Shown here in pieces: positions 15,000 through 27,039 of a stretch of 64,000 nucleotides of DNA. Origin of the DNA: Chrysomallon squamiferum (lineage: Eukaryota > Animalia > Mollusca); contig CM022675.1 of assembly GCA_012295275.1 (NCBI GenBank), forward strand, positions 10,478,001 through 10,542,000, read 5' to 3'. A model generated the notes under the pieces. It ran no database searches and was not told the DNA's origin. It saw nothing but the letters and a program-made list of their open reading frames with translations. A program made the position numbers and the translations under genes. Every line of letters starts with the position of its first letter. Position 1 is the first letter of the stretch.

Positions 15000-16203
15000 G
15001 TATTTATTCCGAAAACTATTTCCAGTACACGAGGGATGGCGGATATGTCTGAAATCCTGGTTCTGTCCTTTAATATTTTCGTGGATCGATAATTTTCATT
15101 TTCTGATGTCTGACGTAACTTTTGATATGTTTATTAATGATATTATATATATATATATATATATGTTTATTTATTTATGTATACGTACGTACACACGCTA
15201 ACAGGAACTATTCAACAAAATGATATATGACATACATATTTATAAACACCAGTTTTGTCTTTCAACTTTTACCCTGTTACATTAAAAACACTAAAAAAAA
15301 ACATGACAGGTATGGCACAATGACATTCCTAAATTCTTCTCAGCACCAAAAACAATGAAAAAAAAATAAAAATAAAAATAAAGATTACCATTTTTTTTTA
15401 TCTAAAGACAATGTTTGAACTAACAGAAGAAAACACAAAACCATAAAGATAAGATACATAAATTATTTTCAACAAAATGCCGGAGCTTGAAAGGTACGGA
15501 GATACACCTCTGTCCCCCCCCTCTTTATTCACACTGTGGATCCGTCCCTGGAATGTCTGTAGATGTCCTGCAAGTTGGGAAGTAGTCGGGTTCAGTGGTT
15601 GAAAGAGGAGACTGATCTGGTGGATGTTCATGGTTGGATATTCTTTGTTAAACTCGATTCTTCCACTTGATTTTTATGTGTTTGTTTGTGAATGTCGTTC
15701 GATATGCACATTAATGTTTTACTATGAAATTCTTGAGCTAAAGATAGTTTAGCATCAAGGATCGTTTTCAGGTTGCTCGTGGGAATATTTAATCAACACT
15801 TGTTTGCAAAACGTTCTCTTCGACATGTTGTGCAACCAAATACATGTCTTCGTCAAAATACTTACATAAGATTTTTCATCCTTCGTTAATATGTATATAT
15901 ATATATATTTTTTTTTTTTTTCAGTGTATGTTGTTCTTTTCTTTGTCTTTTTTTTTTTTTTTTTTTTAGTTTTTGAAATTATTATATTAAAAATTGTCAC
16001 CAATTCGGCCACGGCACACATAGAGTTTCGCTGTGACTAAATTTCCAAAGAATTAACATAATTCCATTTAAACCACATCCAAATTATAGAATTAAAAAAA
16101 AAAAAAAAAAACAGAAGAAAAAGAAGAAGAAATAATAGAAGAAGAAGAAAAAAATAATAATAATGGTTTCGTTTTATAATAATTAAATCCCCTTCATATC
16201 GCT
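15000..16203 (-). other. Probable Hox1 3' UTR (end uncertain)
   Basis: Unique sequence downstream of the stop. Minus-strand AATAAA at 15524-15529, near 15130-15176 and near 15003. Carries several miRNA seed matches. Confidence 0.45.
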
Positions 16204-16541
16204 TTATCTTGCATCATGACACAACGCTAAATTTGGAACCGTTAAACTGTCCAATCCCATACTGCACTCATTGGCCTTCTCGAACTGAATCTCGCGCATG
16301 CGCTTTTTCTGTTTCATTCGGCGGTTTTGGAACCATATTTTCACTTGTGTTTCGTTTAGTCCGAGTGAGGCTGCTATTTCTATGCGCCTGGCTCTCGTGA
16401 GGTACTTGTTAAAGTGAAACTCTTTCTCCAGTTCTGTTAACTGTTTGTTTGTAAAGTTGGTTCTTCCGGAAGCGCCGCCATTTTGTTGTTGTTGCTGTTG
16501 CTGTGTGCTTTGAGTGTATCCGAATTCTCCTGGTTTGCCGG
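16204..16541 (-). CDS. Hox1: Hox1/labial coding exon B (linker, homeodomain, short C-terminus, TAA stop)
   Basis: Encodes [58 protein letters not shown], which is diagnostic of labial/PG1. The acceptor is TCTTTTCGTTTTATTGCAG|CC. The G from exon A plus CC gives Ala and keeps the frame. Joined CDS is 562+338 = 900 nt, 299 aa. Confidence 0.96.
16297..16476 (-). other. Hox1: Homeobox (60-aa labial-class homeodomain), uninterrupted
   Basis: Residue 5 is Arg (RTNF), [10 protein letters not shown] is the PG1 signature, and WFQNRRMK is the recognition helix. There is no intron inside the homeobox, unlike Drosophila lab. Confidence 0.96.
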
Positions 16542-17218
16542 CTGCAATAAAACGAAAAGAAATATTTAAATACATGAATTAAAAAAAAAAAAAAAACGTT
16601 TATTCCTTTTTATTTGTCGTAAAAGAAATTGGAAAGGGTTGAAGGCAGGTGAAATTAAGTCTCAATAAAACATAATCTAATCTCGACGAAATGCAGTCTT
16701 GTGAACGTTACGTATCTGAGATACAAAGAGTTTTGATATAATTATACACTTCGTTGTTCACAATTTTTCTTTTTTTAAAAGATAATTGAGGATTCTAGTG
16801 CTGTATAATGACTTACTGTTCTTATCATTATATATATTTTTTTTAAAAAGAAGAAAAAGAAAGGTTAAAGTCAGTTCTAGGCATCCGTTGCTTGAAACCA
16901 AATTAAATCCAATTTTTAAAGTTAGATATAATTTTTTAGGAGATGGTAAAGAAGAAGAAAAAGAATAACAGTAACAACAACAACAACAACAACATCAAAA
17001 CAATAATAAAAACAGTAACAGAACCAACGAGAAGGCAAAACATTTCGCATTACACTTTGTTGTTGTTGTAATTATTATTTTTATTGTTGTACTACTATTG
17101 CTACTTTTTTACTACTGCTACTACTGCTACTACTACTACTACTACTGCTACTACTACTAACATTATTATTATTATTATCGATTTTGCTGCTGTTGTTCTT
17201 GTGTTATTGTTGTTATCG

Positions 17219-17271
<53 letters not shown>

Positions 17272-18449
17272 AAGAATAAATTTCCGAATGGAACGTCTAT
17301 GGAAAAAAAAATTTCCTTTTATTTTAACCAACCCCTTTAAAAAAAAAAAAAAAACCCAAAACAACAAAAAAACATACAACGACCACAAAACTCAATGAAA
17401 AAAACTACAAACGGGTGATTTAAGAACAATTATTAATATATAATCCATGCGTCTTCTTCATTAACTAACCTGCCACGAGGATTTTATTTTATTTAATATT
17501 TTTATTGCGAAACTATAATAATAATATCTTCACCTCTTTATATTAAAACACGTGTCTAGAGTTTATTTTTTTTTTATTTTATTTTTTTTTTGTAATTACT
17601 CCACGTCAGCGGTGGAAGAGACAAAGTGTAAAACGTGTAACGAGGAAATTCGAAACGTTCGTTAAAATTGTAAATGACGCCGATTCTTCTGAAACTGCTT
17701 GTCTTGGCCTGGTTTCCAGTTTCACAATTCCATCATTAAGTAATAAACGACAAAACTGCGATCCATTTCGTGTCTGAAGACCGGAAATTTGATTGGGCAA
17801 AATTAACGGTATGGGGTTGGGGGGTTGTAGGGTGGGATGGTGGGGGGAACATAATGTTAGACCAGAAAATGTATGTGTCAATCAAAAGAGGATGAATTTC
17901 ATTTCTGTTCTGTTTTAGAAATTTTTTTTTTTTGTGTGTGTGTGTTATGTTCACACGAAGAAAGAAAGAAAGAAAGAAAAAAAAAAGAGAGAATTTTTTT
18001 TATTAAAAGCAGAAATGTTATATGTATGTAATTATATTAAGTTAGAAAACATATTCGTGTTTTTAAGATTTGTACACGATATTGTATTCGGCAGTAAAAG
18101 TATGTTTTACACACAGATATATTACAGAACTGTTTTTCTAAAACTATTTCAGTATTAAATCTTCTTGTTTTTGCAGTTACTATTATATTCAAACTAATAT
18201 TTTGTTACTATTACGTTTGCATTTATTGTTACTGCTGATGCATTTTCTACAATTTGTTGTTATAACAATTATAATATTTATTATAATTTGTTACGACATA
18301 AACCATTATATTTATTATTAATATTTACTACAATTTGTTACTATAGCAACTATTATATTTGTTATTATCTTATTACTAATTGTTTGCTGCTAGTACTGTA
18401 TTGTATTTTTTTTATGTATTGTAATTACTAATATTTATTCATACATAGA

Positions 18450-18480
<31 letters not shown>

Positions 18481-19684
18481 TTGGTTATACTGAGAGCTTA
18501 ATGATTATGATGATGATGATGACAATTATAATAAAGATGATGAAATGATATTAAATAAATAAATAAATAGCTTTATATATATATATATATATAGAAAGAT
18601 AGACAGACAGACACACATACATACATAAACTTTCATAATATATACATACAGACAAACATATAGAATAATAGATAGAAACATAGTCACGATAACATATATC
18701 CAATTTGAAAAAACATAAAAATTAATGACTAAAGAAATATCAAACAACTTTGATATTTAGATACATGGATAACAAAATTATTTTCATTATGTTTTTCTTC
18801 AAAAGACCCAAAGATAACCATCACTAACAAAAAAAAAAAAAAAATAAAAAAAAAAAAAAAAATAAAAACCTCTAAAAAAAAAAAACTTAAAAAAAAAAAA
18901 AGAAAACGCTCCAATACGCATTTGCTGCACAATGAAATTAAAATGATGTATTGAACGAATTAGGAAATTAACGCTCATTTTTGTACACTTATTTGGTTAC
19001 ACTCTCATCAGCTCACTCCGAATTATTTCCATCTCTACCGTCCGCGTTTCAGGGCCGCCAAAACTGTCGCGCAATGATTGATGGGAAGCTCCGACGAATG
19101 GAAGGCCGATGTATCAAAATAATTGATTTTACGCACTTTGTATATTGCGCCTGTGGTCTCTCTTCATCGGCTGACCGCGTAGTTGTTGAATACACTTGTA
19201 CACAGTCAGTCGGTGAAATACACCTTTTATTTAGGCTTTGAAATATGTGTGCACTGACACACACACAGACACACACACACACACACACAAACCTACACAT
19301 ATATATATATATTCACGAAAACAAATGGGGGTGATAATAATAATAATTATAACAGTAATAATAATAATGATGATGATGATGATGATAATAATAATAATAA
19401 TAATAATACAGTGTGATGATTATAATAATGATAATAAAAAGAAATACGAAATTTTTATTTTAGCTTATGTATCTGTAAATAATGATTTTGACGTATAAAT
19501 GTTTTAAAGTTTAACACTTCATATAATATTAATGGCAGAAAATTGACACACTTATCTACTCATTCATTCATGTACACACTACATTCTGTTTATAAATTCC
19601 AGGTAATAAAAAACGTCAATTCATGAAATAAAACAAGGATGGCAGATTACCACTATCTGCGATATCACGGAAATCAGATATAAA

Positions 19685-19798
<114 letters not shown>

Positions 19799-19847
19799 TT
19801 CTCTGTCTGTCTCTGTCTCTCTCTTCGTTTGTCTGTCTGTCTGTCTG

Positions 19848-19898
<51 letters not shown>

Positions 19899-19901
19899 TT
19901 C

Positions 19902-19992
<91 letters not shown>

Positions 19993-20799
19993 GTATATAT
20001 GTGTGTGTGTTTGTGTGTGTGTTCTCTAATATATGCATATATGTATGTGTGTATTTATCTCGTTATCGTTACATATCTGAACAGTTTCCTCCTTACATTT
20101 TTTTTTCACTCGTTCTTCCTTCAACATTTAACCAAAAAAAAAAAAAAAAAAAAAAAAGACTTAACATTTAACCATAACTCTAAGATCAAAACGTGAATAT
20201 ACAATTTATGTCTGCGGGCGAAGCGATACTTATGCTGTTCTTATCCTCTTCAAAGTTTTCCTCGAGTTTAAGTCGCGCAGTAAACAAGGCAGGCAGGCAG
20301 GCCACCCACTAACTTGTGACGAAAGTGACATCTTGTGTGCGTCACGGGTCGACTTGAACAAAACGCTGAAACGCCATTGAAATCCAGCATCGATCTGACG
20401 GGGAGTCGGCGAGTTTCAAAGGGAAAGGGAAAAGCGAAAGCGAGGCTTGTTTATTTCCCTGACACGCGTGAAGTACCGGTGACGCGTGATTTGAATAATG
20501 GACAAGTGGAAGAGTGAGGTTTTGTGTGTGTGTGGGGGGTAGTACTTGGTGTAGTGAGGGAGAATCGAGTGCGAGTTTAGTGTTATCTAACTCTTTATCT
20601 TGTATATATAAGTAATAGATATACACAGATAAAGAGAAACATAACAGAATACCTTCACAGATTGCTTATATACACTACATATCTCTCTCTCTGTCTCTAA
20701 CTCTTTCTGTTTTACGTCCATTCTTCCATCCTTCCTATATATCTATCTATCTGTCTACACATTTATTTATCTATCTACATATCTCTTCTTATCTATCTA

Positions 20800-20870
<71 letters not shown>

Positions 20871-21408
20871 TTGTATATCTCTATCTAACTCTGATTCTAA
20901 TTTGCAAATGTATTCATTTTATTTTAACACAAACAGGCGCACGTGCACCCGCAAATGCACACCCCTAACGTTCCCACCCTCTTCGTCATCAATTACAAGA
21001 GTCATTTATGAATACACACGATCTGTATGACGAAGATAGATAAATATTTGTTCAGTTACATCTGAATACATTTAATATTAAATATTAGTTCGTGTTGAAC
21101 AAATGGGACTTAAGTGTTATATGTAATGTAATATGAAATATAAAATATGTTACTTATGGTTATTGATTAGCAGAATGAGAATTTTTGTATATACCTTCCC
21201 ATAAACAGCAGATCATACAGCTAGGCCACTAATTACATTTTACTGAAATGTTTTCATGCAACGTTTTCAGATCTGAATAGAATTAGTATAAATCACGATA
21301 GAATTAGCATAAATATTTGTTTTTCCGATTTCATTTTAGCTTAAATTTAGCCCCGCAAAATATCAACACAGCTGGAACGACAATTAAGTCAGTGGGCGCG
21401 GATAAGGA

Positions 21409-21470
21409 TGTGTTTGATCCCGCGACCTATAGCGGGTCAGTCCAATACTCTAACCTCAGGGCTACATCTG
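21409..21470 (-). pseudogene. Possible degenerate tRNA-like / tRNA-derived SINE head
   Basis: Minus strand reads GATGTAGCCCTGAGGTTAGAG...AGGTCGCGGGATCAAACAC. This has an A-box-like TAGCCCTGAGG and a degenerate B-box GGATCAAACAC at tRNA spacing. No full cloverleaf. Confidence 0.3.
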
Positions 21471-22018
21471 TAGCCGCTGTGCGAGGTCCGAAGATGACTG
21501 AAATTAAAAGTAAAGAAGATAGATCCATCTTACTCAAAAGGGAAAAAGATTTGAGAACTTTATTGCAAGAAATTAACACCAAAGCCCAAACAAATTGCAA
21601 TTGAGATTTTAATCCGACCTCCTCAGCTGTAATATCTGGTCGCGCTGCTTAATTGATGGATAGCTTTCAGGGACGTCTTCAATCATTCAAACGTAGCGAG
21701 AGAAGCAGAGGAGAGTACCGCGAAAACCCGCAAACAACCCGCCGCCGCGGACAAATTTGTAATAACGTTTTATCTTAAAAAGTTAAAGTTCTGCTGTTAA
21801 ACAGAGAGTAAGAGACTTCGTATTAATGTAGAAAGGATTAAAAAGAGAAAAGATCTGGAGAGAAAGAAGATGTGAAAAAGATACCGAGAGAATTAAAAAG
21901 AGAGAAAGAGGGAAGCCTAGGAAAATTAATTTTGTTTAATATTTGATAATAATAACAATAATGATGATGATGATGATAATAATAATAATAATAATAATAA
22001 CAATAATGATAAATAATA

Positions 22019-22074
<56 letters not shown>

Positions 22075-22145
22075 CAATAAATCAATAAATAAAAACAAAT
22101 AAATTAATAAATAAACTCATGATGATGATGATAATAATAATAACA

Positions 22146-22176
<31 letters not shown>

Positions 22177-22882
22177 ATAAATAAATAAATAAATAAAAAC
22201 AAATAAATTAATAAATAAACTCAAATAAAACAAACAATTAAAAAAAATGAAATAATTAAAAAAAAACCCATAATTCCATGTATGTGTTGTTTGCATTATA
22301 CATTCATAATCTTCCACTAAAATAATATTTATCGGTGTTTTGTATTAAATTAACTGTCATCCTGTTTAATCGAAGCATTCAATCCAGCTACAACTTCCCG
22401 TGCGTGAATCAGTGCATTCTGTGCGACGATCCCAGCAATCTCTGCGTCAATTCACGCGCACTGAACCTCAGAACGAGGCTAATTAACAAACGAACGGAGT
22501 AAAGTGGCTGTGTAATTGGGCGCCGTCGAATAGCGGTTAATTACAGTCGCGTTATGTCGAATTCGAGTTAAAGACGTCGAAATGTGTCGTATTTCGGTTA
22601 ATATTTTACGCTATAAAAAAAAATATATAATAATAATAATAATAATAACACGCAAGGGTTTGAAAATAATTATTTCAGAGCTGCATTTATTGATTACATT
22701 TTAATATTTTTCCTATTATTATTAATATTTTTAAAAGTATTTCGGTAGTATAAATTTTTAAAATATGTTTTCGTATTTGATGAAGCTCAATAATGGAGTT
22801 TTAAATTATAGTTATGTGACGTCATAGACATCATTAAGGATCATGGAGAAACGTATCTCGCAATTCACACTCTTTACTGAAT

Positions 22883-22923
<41 letters not shown>

Positions 22924-23607
22924 CATTACCATTATTATCATCATCATCATCATCATCATCATTATTATTACTACTGTTCGTGTTGCTGACATACTATCGC
23001 TGCTGCTGCTGTTGCTGCTGCTGCTGCTTCTGCTACCTCTACAACAACAACAACAACAACTACTACTACTACTACAACCATTACTATTACAAACAATAAC
23101 GATGATACTAAACAGCAATTTCTTCTACAGATATTACAGTTATCGTCTTATGACAGCAGCCCATTTATTTTATGCAGTATACGTTTAAGTGCGGAACTGT
23201 CATCACCGGAAGGTGTCAGACCACACTTCATAAATCGTAGACGGCATTCCTGAGTATCAGCGCAGTGTGAGAAACTGTTAGGCTGAAATTGATGAGCGTA
23301 CACAGTCAATCCGTCTAATCGACGTCGTATGATACGAGCAAGCATGGCATCAAACAAAAACGCCGTGTTTCTGAAATAACCCTCTTAATTGAGATTAATT
23401 ACGAATAACACAGTTTGGACAAATTAATTCGTCACAAGAAATAGCAGTTGTTTAATATTAGTAATAATAACGTCTAAGTGATTAACAGCATCATTCATAA
23501 GTCCAGAAATGCTGCCAAAAAAACGTCAGCCGAGAATTTTTGTCGTAAATAATTAGGAATTTTTGAGAGAGAGAGAGTGTGTAAAAATATGTGTAATGTT
23601 TATAATA

Positions 23608-23638
<31 letters not shown>

Positions 23639-23768
23639 TAGAAAAATATTTGGTGATTAATTGGCAAGCAAATGACAGAAACAGACGGCAATAGTAACTA
23701 TAACAACTATAAAATAAATAACTTTAGTAATAATTGTGCAATTCTACACCTGAAAAGTAAAAATAAAT

Positions 23769-23812
<44 letters not shown>

Positions 23813-23879
23813 CTTTCGTGTATTGGTGGATTCCCATCTATAATTTCCTATTTATTCTAAAATCCTGCATAGGCAATAA

Positions 23880-24100
23880 TATATTTAGCTCAAATTCCAG
23901 GTGATATTTTAATGAATACAATTTATAAATGATATTTTACTTAAAGCAATCTATAAATAATATTTTACTTAACACAGTCTACAAAATATATTTAAATTAA
24001 CATAATTTACAAAAGAGACTTTACTGACAGTTTGCAGGTGATATTTTATTTATCGCAATTTACAAAATATGTTTAAATTAACACAGAATACAGGTGATAT
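23880..24100. repeat. Degenerate ~27-bp tandem array (~8 units)
   Basis: Recurring ATATTTTACTTAA..CAATTTACAAA / CAGGTG units. Confidence 0.6.
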
Positions 24101-24252
24101 AGATCAGAAGTGGGTCGCTGTAATAAAGTTAACAAGTATATGGTTTGATTCATGAGGTGTTGAATGCTAATTAATTGTTTACAAACGAACGCCAGGTGAG
24201 TAGAGGTAACCTAGAACCAAGCACGTGGACAACAGGTAAATAATAACACCTG

Positions 24253-24301
24253 TAATCCTGTATACCTGTCTTACAATAATCCTGTATACCTGTCTTACAA
24301 T
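24253..24301. repeat. Exact 24-bp tandem duplication
   Basis: TAATCCTGTATACCTGTCTTACAA twice. Confidence 0.95.
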
Positions 24302-25859
24302 ACACAAAGGCTTGGTTGTCTAACTTTCTCTAATATCTTTCCTTCTTTGCTTATTTAATTTCTTCTTTAACTTTTTTCATTTTCTTTCTTTCTTTGATTC
24401 TTTCTTTCATTCATTCATTTATCCTTCCTGTCATTCAAAATTCTTTCGTTCAGTCTCTCTAACTTTCTTTCATTCTCTCTCTTTTTGCCTTTCTTTCTTT
24501 CATTCTGTTTCATAAATACTTCGTTCTCTTTCTTCTTCTGTCTGTTTTTTTTTCCTTTCTTCTTTCCTTCCTTAATTCATTTTTTTTTTCTTTTTCTTCT
24601 CAAGCGATCACGTAGATGAAACGTGACGAATATCTGTGTTTTTGTTTAAAAAAAAAATTGCTGAATCACAAAATACTTCAGCTCTGATCTCCTATCGTTG
24701 TAATTATTATTCTAAGGTTACAAATGCGACCAGTTTTACCTACTTACCGGTGATGTTGCTTTTGGTTATCACCGTTAAATCTATCCCCCAAAATTACACC
24801 TATTTAACGTTTCAGTTTCGTATTTTTTTTTTTTTTTTTTTTTGCTGTTTTTGCGACACCTTTTATACTCTCTTTTACGAAACTAGGGCTCCTCATTTTA
24901 GCACATAAAATTGTTCATAATTAATTTATGGCCTGATGCAAAGTATTTTTTACAAAAGAATTTCTCACACACACGTCAAAATATTTGACTTATACACCTA
25001 TCTGACAAGTTTGAAAAGCTGTAATTTCAGTTTGTTTTGTGATGTTTACAACGAAGGGTATCATTTGAGAGACATTTGGTCTCATCTGAAATGTTAACCG
25101 TTCATAATGCTGAACGTCCTGCAAACAAAGCAACAACGACGACAGCAACAACAACGACAAAAAATTAGTAGAAGTAAAAAAAAAATTATAATATTTTAAA
25201 ATACGCCTTTCTTCCCACTGAAAAAAAACTAAAACCTCAGAGTTTTTCTTCTAGTTAATGCAATACATCTGATTTATCAAAAGCAGTTCTTTTCCTGTCT
25301 ATGGGAAGGAGAATATAAAATATCTCTTGTTGCTAATTAGGAATTTTGCAGGGTATTTTCTCTCTTATTATGTGCATAATTCCTAAGTATGCGTTTAATT
25401 CGATCTAACCGTAGATTAAAAACATGTTGTGAATTAGTTTACATATATTTTTTTTTTCAAAAGAAAAATTATGTTTTGAAAAATCTTTGACACTGAGTCT
25501 TAATTAATGATGATTTATAAAAAATAGTTTAAAAATATATGGACACCCGCAGTTTCTTGAATGGGTACAGCAGTGACATCCAGTTGTTTTGTAAAAAAAT
25601 ATTATTTTATTTACATGCTTTGTTAATAGCAATTTACACGTTACCCTGAACCATTAACAAAAACTTGGAAATATAAAGATTTCTTTTTTTCTACATTATT
25701 TATTCATAATGTCACGCGTGACTTTCTTTTCTTTTTTTTTAAAAAGTAACAAAACTTTTTTCTTTCATTCCTTAAACTTATGCGACTTTCGCAGATGCAT
25801 GTCAGCTATGTTAAAGCAGGTCTAACGTGTACATTAAAAAAAAAAAAAAATTGCAGCAC

Positions 25860-26270
25860 TAAAAATTCCGACGTCGCTTGTTTACAAGAACGCACTTCTA
25901 GCTGAACCCCGCTTTCACAGAGTCAAACCCAGCCAGCGTCATGTCGCTCACAGATCGAGGCTATTCCCAACACAGAAAGATGACGAAACAGAACATGACC
26001 GAGAGATGTCGCTGCTATTTTTTTGATTGACAGCTGATTGCCGAAGGGCGTGACGTCAACGGCATGATTAATGACGTATGGTGCGATCAGTAGCGAAGGA
26101 ATACCGGGAAGTATGTTCGCAGGTAATAAAGAAAAAAAAAAAAAAAAAGACACAGGTGAACTAGCGACAGACCTGGTGAAATATTGACACGTGCTTGTCA
26201 GTCGTGAATTACTGAATTTTTCTGGTACCAGGTCACCGCGTGGATTTCTTTTGATATGAAATTTCACGAG
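25860..26270. promoter_or_regulatory. Candidate TALE/Hox-responsive intronic enhancer
   Basis: TGATTGACAG (26024-26033), TGACGTCA (26051-26058) and TGATTAAT (26065-26072) within 50 bp. Confidence 0.5.
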
Positions 26271-26679
26271 CCTGTTTTTATTTATTTTCTTTTCTTTTAT
26301 TATTATTATTATTATTATTTTTTTTTTTTTTTTCTTTCTGGTTCAGGTCATAGTTTTGTTAACCGGGATTCTTTTGTCTTTTTGAAATGAGCTTGTTTTT
26401 ATGTTTTTTCCTTTTCTTGTTGTTGTTATTAACGTGGTAATTAAAACTGATTTTGTTATTGCTATTATTATTATTATTATACTTTTATAATGTAAGTTAC
26501 ATGTGTCTGTTTGATACATACATACATACATACATACATACATACATACATACACACACACATACATACATACATACATACATACACACATACATGCACG
26601 ATATCGCAAGTAACTACTTATCTATAAATAAACAAACGTAAACTTATCTTTCTATCTAAATACCTATTATATATATCTA

Positions 26680-26742
<63 letters not shown>

Positions 26743-27039
26743 ATATATATATATATTAAATAATTAAATATTAAATAATATTCAGAATTTTCGTTCACGG
26801 CATATGTTTCAAGTTATACCTTTTTCACATTTTCACAAACTCAAATAGTAAGGAACATTACCATACTAATAGAAAAAAAAAAAAACCTGATGATTTTTTT
26901 TTTTTTTTTTTTTAATAAATCCCATTTCATAACCATTATCTTCTGCAATTTCAATACTCCAATAAGCAAATGGACTGCGGTGTTATGACGAGCCTTAATA
27001 AGACACAATGAGACATATTTCATACTGCGCAAAATTTAT

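Noticed and set aside
16542-16575. [11 protein letters not shown] start of the 123-aa homeobox ORF
   Set aside because: It is the polypyrimidine tract and acceptor of the intron, not a true start.
18337-18350. RFX X-box match GTTACTATAGCAAC
   Set aside because: It is embedded in a low-complexity TTGTTACTA-type degenerate repeat, so it is likely a chance match.
23741-23770. Possible recursive-splicing ratchet point TTTTTACTTTTCAG|GTGTAG (minus)
   Set aside because: The acceptor is good but the regenerated donor is far from GTAAGT. Not supportable without sawtooth nascent-RNA data.
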